This document shows positions 11,990 to 22,642 of a stretch of 27,128 nt of DNA, piece after piece. The stretch's first letter is position 1. Each line of letters opens with the position of its first letter. Position numbers and translations under genes: made by a program. The DNA is taken from NCBI GenBank assembly GCA_024626585.2, contig JANKJI020000001.1, positions 13,815,209-13,842,336 of the forward strand. The letters are read 5' to 3'. Under the pieces are notes generated by a model. It was not told where the DNA came from. It saw only the letters and a program-made list of their open reading frames with translations, and did not search any database. Source of the stretch: Ginkgo biloba (lineage: Eukaryota > Plantae > Ginkgophyta).

Positions 11990-14780
11990 TAACTTATAAT
12001 TGATCATAGGTCCATCTCTACTTGTTCCATCTAAGTTGACTAATTGAACTGATCCATTCTAAAAAATGGTAATGACTAGGAAGGGGCCTAACCATCGTAT
12101 TTCCAACTTACCTAGCTTTATCATTGATTTTCCATCGTATAACAACACTTGAGATCCGACGCAGATGTCTTCCTGACAAAGATGTCAGTCATGCCATTCC
12201 TATTGCCTCTTCTACACAACTCATGTTGCCCATTACACCATTAACTGCCTTTCATCTAACAACAAGAGCTTGTCCAACCTTGCTTGTAAGTTGGCTTCAT
12301 AGTCGAGTCTATTTTCTAATGCTATGCGAAGGCTTGTGATTACAAATTCAAGGGACATTACAGAGTCTTGATTATAAACCAACTAGAAAGGTGTATGTTT
12401 AGTTGTGACCTTGTAAGTTGTGCAAAATGCCCATAGTGCAACTAGGAGTTGATCTACCCAACCTTTTTTGTCCACTCTGCAAGTTTTACACAATGTTGCT
12501 ACCAGTAACCTGTTTGTTGCCTTCACTTGGCCACTCGCCCTTGGGTAGTATAGACTCGGCTTCTTATGTGAAATTTTGAATTATGTCATTAAATACTAAA
12601 TAACGTTCTTGACAAAATGGCAACCTCTCTATCACTTGTTAGTTTGAGAGGGTAGCCAAATCATGTAATGACGCATCCATACAAAAATTCTACAGTACTA
12701 TGGGCAGAATTATTCAACAAAGCTCAAGCTTCTACCCATTTAGTCAAGTACTTTGTCGCCAAGATAATGTACTTACACCCACCCTTTCGAGATGGGTGTT
12801 TGAAAGGACCCATGAAGTCGAGACCCCAATGCTCGAACAATTCTTGAGGTAGTGTTAGGTGCAAGGGCATGAAATCTTTCTTGGATGGTTTCCCCATTCA
12901 CTAGCAAATATCACATCTTTTCACAAACGGGTTTATGTCCTCGAACATGCAAGACCACCATAATCCTGCTAGCAAAATCTTCCTTACTATCAATTCGTAA
13001 CCAACAAGCCCTCTAGAAGGTCCAACATGTGCCTACCAAATTATCTTTTCTACTTCATTGGGCATGACACATCACCTCAACACTTGGTATAGGCACATTT
13101 TGTATAAGAGGCCTCCAATCAATTGGAAAGGACCCGACTTCTCGGCAATTNNNNNNNNNNNNNNNNNNNNNNNNNNNNNNNNNNNNNNNNNNNNNNNNNN
13201 NNNNNNNNNNNNNNNNNNNNNNNNNNCTAGGGCAATTCTAACACTAAATAATTTTGCATCGAGGAAACAATCCTTTACTCCTATCAAGAGTTCTCCTAAT
13301 TGTGTGCGAGGGAGGTGGTCGACTACTACATGCAACTTACCCAGTCTCACCACCACCGAAAAGTTGAACTCTTGTAAAAGTGGAAGCCATCAATTGATCC
13401 TCTCGTGCATCACAAGTTTAATGACCAAGTACAACAAAGTTTGATCATCCATTAAAAATACAAATGTAATTGTTAATAAATAATGGTAGAACTTTTGAAC
13501 CGAGTATATCATACCCAATCCCTTTCACTCCATTATGCTATAATTCCACTCTATATCATTCAATTGACAAGTGGCGAAATAAATTGGATGGTCCAATTTA
13601 TTAACGCCTTCTTGTGCCAAGATGCAACCAATAGCAAACTAGTAGACATCTACATGTAGATGAAATCCGTTGTCCCAATCACGAAAAAACAAGATAGGAG
13701 CACTTACCAATTGTAGCTTCAATTCCTCGAATGTTTGTTGTTGATCTAGTCCCCAGTTGAAAATAGCACCTTTCTGCAACAATTCATCCAAGGGATGTGC
13801 TATCTTTGGAAAATTGTTTATAAATCTTCAATAGTATCACATATGACCCAAAAATGCTCTTATGCCATTTGAATTGCATTGTTGCTCCATGGTTACAATT
13901 ACTCGAATTTTGTCAGGATTCACCTTCAACCCCTATGCACGCACTGTGTCCAAGTAATTTGCCACTGGCCACCAAAAACCAACACTTCCTTGGGCTCAGC
14001 GCAAATTGTGCTTTTCTACACATATCCATACATTCCTTGATCGCTTACAAGTAGGTTAGTATTGTACCATACACTAAGCAATTGTCAAAAAACTGCTTCA
14101 CCTTTAACATGGATAACTTGTCGAACAAATGTAGGATTATTCTCTGAAAAATTGCTTGGGCATTACACAAACTAAATGGCATTTTGTTGTATGCGTAAAT
14201 GCCATATTCTGAAACAAATGTAGTTTTTAGTTTATCCTCTTTTATAATGCTAATTTGGTTATATCTTGAAAATCCATCAAGAAAAAAATAAATTCTTGCC
14301 CAACTACTTCCAAAATACTATAGGTGAAAGGGTCCTTTTTGGTTACTGCATTGAGTTTTCAGAAGTCTGCATAGATATGCAACTTACCGTTCTTTTTAGG
14401 AGAGATAACGATGGGAGAAACCTAATTACTGGTGCTTACCTTAAAAATTATGCTAACATCCAACATCTTTGCTATCTCTTGTACCACTTGTGCTGCGTAC
14501 TTTGGGTTCATGTGATAAGGACGTCTCCTTATCGATTTAGCATGTAGCATAAGTTAAATGTTGTGTTTGCATAATTCCCTAGGGACTCCTTTCAAATCGT
14601 GGTATGTCCATGTAAACACATCTTTGTATTCTCAAAAAATATTTATGGGTGTAATAATGAGAGAAAGGTCCCAAGCACTTCCGATTAGAATTTTCTTAGG
14701 ATCCTCATCAGTCCCCAAGTTAGCTTCAATTACTACTAGTCCTTTGTATTGGATTTGCTCCTTGTTGGGAAAGGAGTGAG
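11990..14780 (-). pseudogene. pol: Gypsy pol remnant (RT, RNase H, integrase) with many stops and frameshifts
   Basis: Motifs: EANLGTDEDPKKILIG (~14730); MPFSLCNAQAIFQR (14182); degenerate catalytic FFDN (14092-14081); RNase H FHLHVDVY*FAIGCILAQ (~13660); zinc finger AH...RKILLAGLWW...VKRCDIC (~13030-12905); WGLDFMGPF (12828-12802); YLTKWVEA; YYPRASGQVK (12550-12521); GPF motif (~12090). Confidence 0.92.
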
Positions 14781-15914
14781 CCAGTGTTGCCTCTATCGCT
14801 TTGTCTCCAAATTGGACTTCAAGAAAATGTGGACGGTAGGCTCCTCCTCCACTCTATTCAACTACTTCCTGCCTTTGACTCTTATTCCTATCATTTTCCT
14901 ATACATTATTTACACTTTTTGCTTGGTCCTTGCTTTTTGTCTAATCCACAAGTACCTGAAAACATCCAGGCGAAAATAATTCATAATCCCCAAGTTGTCA
15001 ATGCATTAGATCATTGTCTAAATAACATCATCCTCCGAATAGGGATCTAGCACCAACACCCCATCTTTAGTAGGCTCGCAAGGTGCATCTTCAGACTTTT
15101 CCTCTTCTTCGAGGGTCTTTTCCCCTCTATTGTCTTCATTGTCTGGGACTTGTCATTGATTGTCTTGTTGGATCTGTCATCTACTATCTAGGCTCAATTG
15201 TCGGCCATCTAGTTAGTGCCATCATCCCATCGGTTTTTTGGCTAAAGTGTTGTTCAATTAAGTGCCTTCTACTATAGCCATCTAGTCATTCAGCTAGATT
15301 GCCTTCAATAATGACTGTGCAAATGTCTTGCCAAAGTGCTTGCCAGTAGCAATCATCCGTGTTCTTGGTCTCCATCACCTTCCCATCCAAATTTCAGTTC
15401 TCTATCCTCATCGTCTTTCCCTTCAAATTATTGTTCTCCATCCCCATCCTCTTTCCCTCCATTATGCAAGTATGTCACTCCATGCAAAAGTAATTCTTAT
15501 CAATTTGTGAAAGGAGGTGGGATTCTTTTAATCGATTAATATATACAAAAAGTTCCGATCACTATACAATAGGTGAGTCATCGAGCGCACTATTGCAACA
15601 AAATGCTTAGCATGCCTGATGATCTGCTCTTCATTATCTAAGATTAAGTGAATCTTGCCTGTGTTATATGTGACATTAAAGTAGTCTTGTCTGTGTAGTA
15701 CCATTATGACACTTACAGTGCATTCTAATAGGTAGCGAATCTATTGGAGGTGTTTCACATCTACTTTCTACCACTGCACGACAAAGGTCCTGACATGTTA
15801 TTATCTATACAAGANNNNNNNNNNNNNNNNNNNNNNNNNNNNNNNNNNNNNNNNNNNNNNNNNNNNNNNNNNNNNNNNNNNNNNNNNNNNNNNNNNNNNN
15901 NNNNNNNNNNNNNN

Positions 15915-16159
15915 TAATGCTTGACTATGGTTGACTGAACAATATATATAAAATCTATAATGAAAATATACATATATATACAACCCAAGCATACTATTGA
16001 TTATGGTTAGCCCAATACTTAAACTATGGTTTGGTTAATATTTAACTATGGTTAAGTCAACACTTAATTATAACTATTCTTATATAAAAATACTATTGAA
16101 ATACTACTTATAAATATTAACAAGATGATATTTTATAGTTTGCCATGGGCATATGCTAG
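15915..16159 (+). mobile_element. Probable Helitron 3' terminus (decayed hairpin plus CTAG)
   Basis: TTTATAGTTTGCCATGGGCATATG-CTAG|T: CTAG at 16156-16159 followed by T, preceded by a stem that becomes CCCGTGG/CCACGGG by transitions only. The AT-rich subterminal region has four A(C/T)TATGGTT motifs (15924, 16000, 16023, 16045). Confidence 0.45.
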
Positions 16160-16178
16160 TGTGTGTGTGTGTGTGTGT
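16159..16178. repeat. (GT)10 microsatellite
   Basis: Perfect GT run directly after the CTAG. Confidence 0.95.
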
Positions 16179-16252
16179 ATTCACTAGTTTGATTTAATGT
16201 TCACACTGGAGATGAATGCTAAGTGTCCATTCTAACTAATGAAAACAACCAG

Positions 16253-16349
16253 CTACATACTACATGACCACCATACGTTGTACCCAAAACTTGTTGCTAA
16301 TACAACCACTTATTTTGCCTATTTATGCTATACCATTTACCAGGCATAC
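16253..16349 (+). repeat. ~97-bp dispersed direct repeat, copy 1
   Basis: Aligns without gaps to 17193-17289 (offset 940), e.g. ACAACCACTTATT(T/C)TGCCTATTTATGCT..ACCATTTACCAGGCATAC. Confidence 0.9.
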
Positions 16350-17192
16350 GTCTTGCCAGACACAATCTTCGAGTATTCTCACTCAAGAAGCTGATCAAGA
16401 TGCAAATGCCTTGTATAAGGAAAATTTTCAAAAACTACTATTCCAGCCCTGGCCTCTTGAAAATTTACCCATTACCAAATTTCAAAATTGTTGTCGTTGC
16501 AACTAGATGTTTGTTGTGTTGCAGTTTTGTTTCAGACTTATTACTCTGAACTCATGCTGATCCCAGCTTTACTGGTTCTCAATCACTTAACATTCCTTGA
16601 TTGCCTGTGCATTGATGCCCTTGCCTAGAGCTTGCTTTACTCATATTGGGTGAATTTGCTCTTCATGCCCTGCCAGAATAACCACAAACATTTGAACACT
16701 TGAACATCCTTGTTTTGTGAGCATCAACAACCATAGGTCACAAAACACAATACCACAGAATCATTGCTTTGTGAATCTTTGTAAAGTGTTCTTTGGTCTT
16801 GGCCTTTTCAATTGTTTCTCATTTAACATTGATTGTACAAGATTAGACTCGGTTGCACCCTTTCGGATACATGCAAGAGGTGTTTTAAATGCTCTCTCTT
16901 CTAGATAGTTGGTGACTTCTAATATTTGGTTGTTGCAATTTACTTTCCATTGGCATTGTGATCCCAAATGTAAGATTGCCTGGTAATTGATTGTGTTTTT
17001 GATTTATTACACCATAAAATTGACTTGCTATGTGTTCTGTCAGTTAGCACATTGTAACCGGAGCCATAACTGTTGCGGCCAAAGTTATAGAGATTGCAAT
17101 CAGCAGCTTGAGTGCTCTCGTGGACAATGGACATTTGCTCCTTGCAACTCATGGCCTAGGTACTACAACCGTCTGTATACGCCTGCGACTGT

Positions 17193-17289
17193 CTGCATAC
17201 TAAATAACAACTGTATGTTGTATCCAAAACCTGCTGTTAGCACAACCACTTATTCTGCCTATTTATGCTCCACCATTTACCAGGCATAC
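17193..17289 (+). repeat. ~97-bp dispersed direct repeat, copy 2
   Basis: Aligns to 16253-16349. Confidence 0.9.
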
Positions 17290-18627
17290 AATCTCAATTG
17301 CTTTCTGCGACAATTTTCCAATCACATCTAGAATCTAATGGGGATTGGTGTAAAATCTGGTTAAGAAAATTTATTTATATCAACTTGAACATTAAGATAA
17401 AAGTTATCTTACAAATCCTTCACAATAAGGCATCAACTTTTGTCGTTTAACAAGCTCTATTTCCCAAAATGCGATCATTCAAAGCAATCCTTCTAAATGC
17501 AGTACTACAGATTAGGTTGTGTCATGTTCTTCCTTTGAGTAGAGACCAATAAAATGTGCATGTTACTGATCAAACCTCAGATTGCTTGTTCCTCTTCTCC
17601 TTGTTATACTTGGAAACTTGTACTTCGGCACTCAATTGACTCCTTTTACAATGGATTAAATAATTCAAATAGTGGTAGAAGTTCATGACTCTCCAGTTCT
17701 CTGAAGAAAGTTTCTAATTAACAGTACTGAATTGCCTGACCATGTACTTCTCTCTCCAAACTGGTAGATACTCTTGGATAGAACGCCAAGAAAAATTCAA
17801 GTAATGAACTCATTCATCTCATAGAATACTCTACTTATTCGTGAGTAAGATAACTCCCTAGCAAATATCAAAAGAGTTGAAAAGGTGATATGCGAGGCAA
17901 ATGAAGAGCATCACAGGAATGAGAATGCATTAGCTAATTTCTTAGAGTTACTGGGAGCATCTTATNNNNNNNNNNNNNNNNNNNNNNNNNNNNNNNNNNN
18001 NNNNNNNNNNNNNNNNNNNNNNNNNNNNNNNNNNNNNNNNNNNNNNNNNNNNNNNNNNNNNNNNNNNNNNNNNNNNNNNNNNNNNNNNNNNNNNNNNNNN
18101 NNNNNNNNNNNNNNNNNNNNNNNNNNNNNNNNNNNNNNNNNNNNNNNNNNNNNNNNNNNNNNNNNNNNNNNNNNNNNNNNNNNNNNNNNNNNNNNNNNNN
18201 NNNNNNNNNNNNNNNNNNNNNNNNNNNNNNNNNNNNNNNNNNNNNNNNNNNNNNNNNNNNNNNNNNNNNNNNNNNNNNNNNNNNNNNNNNNNNNNNNNNN
18301 NNNNNNNNNNNNNNNNNNNNNNNNNNNNNNNNNNNNNNNNNNNNNNNNNNNNNNNNNNNNNNNNNNNNNNNNNNNNNNNNNNNNNNNNNNNNNNNNNNNN
18401 NNNNNNNNNNNNNNNNNNNNNNNNNNNNNNNNNNNNNNNNNNNNNNNNNNNNNNNNNNNNNNNNNNNNNNNNNNNNNNNNNNNNNNNNNNNNNNNNNNNN
18501 NNNNNNNNNNNNNNNNNNNNNNNNNNNNNNNNNNNNNNNNNNNNNNNNNNNNNNNNNNNNNNNNNNNNNNNNNNNNNNNNNNNNNNNNNNNNNNNNNNNN
18601 NNNNNNNNNNNNNNNNNNNNNNNNNNN

Positions 18628-18645
18628 AGATAGATTTGCTATAGC
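18628..18645 (-). CDS. ARABIDILLO: ARABIDILLO next coding exon, first 6 codons; the remainder lies in the N-gap 17966-18627
   Basis: CAG|GCT ATA GCA AAT CTA TCT = AIANLS immediately before the gap. Confidence 0.9.
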
Positions 18646-18859
18646 CTGCATGACCGGATTATTCGCATTTGGTCTAATCAATGTAATCATGTGTCAGAAA
18701 AATTATAGTTTAGATACAAGAAAAACAATAAAGCGGACAGTGCCTGTGTGGTTTTGGAAGTTAATACCTGAAGCAACTTGACAAAAGTTAAGCACTCTTG
18801 GATATTAGTGGCATCGCAGAGAAAATGCATTACTCAGTATGAGATTCAAAGGACTTTAC
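18646..18859 (-). other. 214-bp phase-0 GT-AG intron of the ARABIDILLO gene
   Basis: AAG|GTAAAG ... ATGCAG|GCT; splicing yields SEAAK-AIANLS, the expected ARM continuation. Confidence 0.92.
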
Positions 18860-19726
18860 CTTTGCAGCTTCTGACTGCACACCCTCACGGCAGGACCTTG
18901 CAAGGTCCAACAGAAACCGAATCCCACCACCACGCATCACTGCTTCTGCCCTTCCAGGATCAACTGTCGCGTTATCGTCGTCAATGACAACAAATGTTGC
19001 AAGTCCGGTAGCTGCCCTTTCCTGAACATCTTCCTGCCAGCTTTTTACTAGGCTCAACAATATCGGAGTACCCTGTTTAAGCCAGAAACTATCTAAACCA
19101 GGAGTGTTACTCTCCGCTATCCGTAGCAATGCATGAGAAAGAACCCATTCAAGCCATTCCGTTAGTTCAATTAGGTTCTTATCTCCACTTTTCAGGTTCT
19201 CCCCATTCCAAAAAGTAGTCATTTCCTTCTTAAGTGTTGCAGCTGATATTGACTTCACCAAGTTCTGCTTAGATGACTTGAAATTCATGGAGGCAAGACC
19301 TTTGATAATGTCTGTAAATCGAGCCAGCAGAAGCTTTGTTTTTGAATTATACGCAACATAATCACCACCGTCCTCAAGAACAGGACAGTTCAGTGCACAC
19401 AAAACCCTCAAGCTTTCTGACGAGAGCAATCTAAATGCAGCACTCGGAGTTATATCAGTGCGAGAAACATCTAAAGCAACCAATTTTGGCAGCTTGCTCC
19501 AGAGTTGTGACACAGTGCTCCATTTAATGTTTCGTGAACCTGCAACCGACAAAAACCGAAGGGAGACCGCATTTCCCAAGGCCCCTTCGTCCACGTTCAT
19601 ACAATCAAAAAAACCGAGTTCGGTAAGATCGGAACAATGCTTCACCAAAGCACTAATGGCTTCGCTGTCCACATCCCGGATGCCCGAAAGCCGGAGCCTT
19701 TTCAACTTGGGGCAACAAAGAGCCAC
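18860..19726 (-). CDS. ARABIDILLO: ARABIDILLO-family protein, 3' part of first coding exon (LRRs, linker, first ARM repeats)
   Basis: 289 uninterrupted codons: VALCCPKLKRLRLSGIRDV...EDVQERAATGLATFVV...GRAEAVMRGGGIRFLLDLARSCREGVQSEAAK, ending at donor AAG|GTAAAG (GT at 18859-18858). The 'M' in the ORF track at 19726 is an internal GTG (Val). Confidence 0.95.
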
Positions 19727-20132
19727 AAAGGGTTTCTTGGGGTTTGAGGCAGCCCCAAGGTTAAGCTCAGGCCTTATGTGGAGGTTTATGCCCAGTTATT
19801 AGCATAAATAGGATTTGTCCATGCTTAGGCAACCCCTAACACATCATTTTTTTAATCTCTCTACAAGAATTCTCACTTATAAAAGAGTGATCTCTTTTTC
19901 TAATGAAAATCAATTGAGTTGGTTCTCACACTTAGGGTTTGTATTTTGTGGCTATGCACCAATTTTTCTCCATTGTTTGCAGATTCTCACCCAACCGGTT
20001 CAATCCGATTCAAATTGGTGTTCAAGCATGCANNNNNNNNNNNNNNNNNNNNNNNNNNNNNNNNNNNNNNNNNNNNNNNNNNNNNNNNNNNNNNNNNNNN
20101 NNNNNNNNNNNNNNNNNNNNNNNNNNNNNNNN

Positions 20133-20639
20133 AATTCTCTCGCAAAAATCCGGTCCGAGCTGCAGACTTTCAAGGGCCCCGTGACGTGCTGCCAACATGG
20201 AGAGGGTTGCATCGCTAAGGTCTCTACATACATCTCCACTGATATCCCGGAGTTCCCTAGCCTGAAAATTGATAATAACATTGGCGGAATCAGCCCCTCT
20301 AAATCTCAAGCGCTGCAGTTTAACACACCGGTTTGCAAGGGATGCGGCAGTTACCGCATCCAGTTTGTGAGCCCTTATATCCAATGAAGTCCATAGACAT
20401 GACAAAGAACCCAAAAATCTCCATGTTTTACAGACGGATGCAAGGCTGGCTCGGTCCCTGTAATTCAAAAGAGAAAAGAGTGCAACAATTGTGTCGTCCG
20501 GAAGACTCGTCCAGTCGACCTCCCGTTTGCTGTCAATGTAAATAGGTTCTTCACAGGCATCGTTATCCAAGCTCCCTTTGAACAGAGCTTTGCTCTTCTC
20601 CTTAATTTGCACGCCCTTTCTCCGGACCCTTCGAATCAT
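20133..20639 (-). CDS. ARABIDILLO: ARABIDILLO-family F-box/LRR/ARM protein, 5' part of first coding exon (NLS, F-box, first LRRs); runs into the N-gap at 20033-20132
   Basis: Translation gives MIRRVRRK (basic NLS), VDWTSLPDDTIVALFSLLNYRDRASLASVCKTWRFLG (F-box) and LSMLAARHGALESLQLGPDFCERI. This is collinear with ARABIDILLO-1/2 as I recall them, with no stops. Confidence 0.95.
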
Positions 20640-20663
20640 CTCGGTTAAAGGACTCTACTCTGC

Positions 20664-20889
20664 CTAATAACACATACATCTATACCCTTGATCCAAACCC
20701 TTAAAAAACCTCCGAAACCTCTTTAGTTGCACCATCCAGCATCCAAGCTACTTAGAATGAATACATTGAAAAATATTGGGGCCATATGTCAAATTAACGT
20801 ATTGTGTGCAACGAATACTTATTCTGTAATCATTGAATCACATTTTAAAATACAACAATATGAACGGCAGATATAATGTTTTTGAGTAC
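20664..20889 (-). other. Probable 5' UTR intron of the ARABIDILLO gene
   Basis: Donor CAG|GTACTC at 20889 and acceptor TTATTAG| at 20664, 24 nt before the ATG, with an AT-rich interior. No transcript evidence. Confidence 0.6.
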
Positions 20890-22642
20890 CTGTAATCCAT
20901 CAACGAAACACTACTACGATCATTTTAATTGCGTTGCAGAGGACAGAAGCCCCCAGTTTGGATCCTAAAACCTTCACTCCAGCTGCAAAAGATGTAACTG
21001 TGAACTTTGTGAAGAAAATCCGTTAATCCAAACGCCAAGGAATGGAGACAATGAATCAGTCTGAGATACCACGGAGAAGCAGAAACCCTCTTCTTCTGCA
21101 ATTCTCTCTTTTTATCCAATTTTTATTCTCAGGAACGCCAGTTTTCATCTTTTCAACGTTTACCAGTGTTTTTATGAACGTAATTGTATATAATTCGTAT
21201 TATTATTGCCGCAAGAAAATATTTTACTTTGGCGATCGCTTATTTATTGATCTCATCTACTTCATTACATGCAAGAAGGAGATTGAGTTGTCCACTAAGG
21301 TTCGTCCGAAGTTGTTATGAGTAATAATTTGATTATATTTGANNNNNNNNNNNNNNNNNNNNNNNNNNNNNNNNNNNNNNNNNNNNNNNNNNNNNNNNNN
21401 NNNNNNNNNNNNNNNNNNNNNNNNNNNNNNNNNNNNNNNNNNTACGAAGTTCCAACCACCATAGATCTACCATTTGGATCCTTGCCAATGCAACTATAAG
21501 CGATTAGAGGAGCTGATTAATGTCTAACGTTGGATTTTATGATAAATTGATGCATTTGTGTCGTGGGGAGCAATAGTGAGAAAATGATGCATTTTTATCA
21601 CTGGTCTTATGTTTTAATGGTCATGTTAATGTACCAGCATCCAAATCTGAATAAAATAGTTGTTTCAAGTGTTCGATTGGTTACATATTAGCATGAATCC
21701 AACTAATGCGAGGTTCTATGAAGATTAAGTTATATGCAAAAATAGAAACGTTGATAGCCTTCATAATCGCTTCACAATCACATGTTTGTTGTCTCTATCA
21801 GTTCACACATCTATTATCTAGCTTTATAAATGTTTTTATTTTATGTTGCTTTTGTCCTTTCAAGTGCAAAGTTCAAACATCATTTTAGTTAGTATTTTAA
21901 GCACATATACGTTAATGCAAGTATCTACATAGACCAAGTAGACCACCTATCGAATAAATTTTTCCCAAGTAAAATCGCCTGATTCCCTTTGCTATATAGA
22001 GCAGTCGACCATACATATAGAGCAATTTTTATAGAGAGTTTTTTATATACATGCCATGATGGACAAGAACATTGGTGAAAAGAACAAACTGCTCTAAATT
22101 TGTTTGTTCATTTTTAACGTGCAGTTTTTAATGAGCAATTTTTAACGTGCTTACAGGGTAGTGTTTGTTCATGATAGTCGTATCTGATGCTCCAAAAAAA
22201 TCATTTGTTTTAAACGTCTTTGTTAGAATGATTATGTTAGCAGGTCTGATAAAATTCTTGTGCCTCACCTTCATCGAACGGGCTTGAATCTACCGGAGGA
22301 TCACTTCTAGGACCACCATTGTCAGACTCAACTATTGGGATTTTTGTTAGACTCCATGCAAATCTTGCCTAACTTAATAAAGTTCAAAAGGTGCTCTCAA
22401 ATGAATTATTTTATTTTATTTACTTATTTATTTTAAATCATTCTTGTCAACCGGCTAGTATTTCTTATAGTTCTACACTCGTTTTCTGCACGAAATCATT
22501 TATTTTTTGTAAACATTTGATATCTGAGAGCTTTTCAAATCANNNNNNNNNNNNNNNNNNNNNNNNNNNNNNNNNNNNNNNNNNNNNNNNNNNNNNNNNN
22601 NNNNNNNNNNNNNNNNNNNNNNNNNNNNNNNNNNNNNNNNNN

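Larger units (their letters stand above)
11236..15480 (-). mobile_element. Decayed, 5'-truncated Ty3/Gypsy LTR retrotransposon (non-chromovirus type) in the intronic region; right boundary approximate
   Basis: Domain order RT, RNase H, integrase on the minus strand, followed by a purine tract and an LTR-like segment. No gag or 5' LTR recognised. Confidence 0.9.

Noticed and set aside
17885-18781. Long ORFs of 298 aa (+) and 242 aa (-) in the ORF track
   Set aside because: They are almost all N. Only the minus-strand AIANLS codons are real exon sequence.
18830-18859. C-terminal VKSFESHTE* of the 298-aa minus-strand ORF
   Set aside because: Read-through into the intron past the GT donor at 18859.
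18778-20545. Plus-strand ORFs overlapping the ARABIDILLO exon
   Set aside because: Antisense shadows of the real CDS with no recognisable motifs.
22078-22155. Short hairpin GAACAAAC..GTTTGTTC and repeated TTTTTAACGTGC
   Set aside because: Too short in AT-rich DNA to support a MITE or regulatory call.
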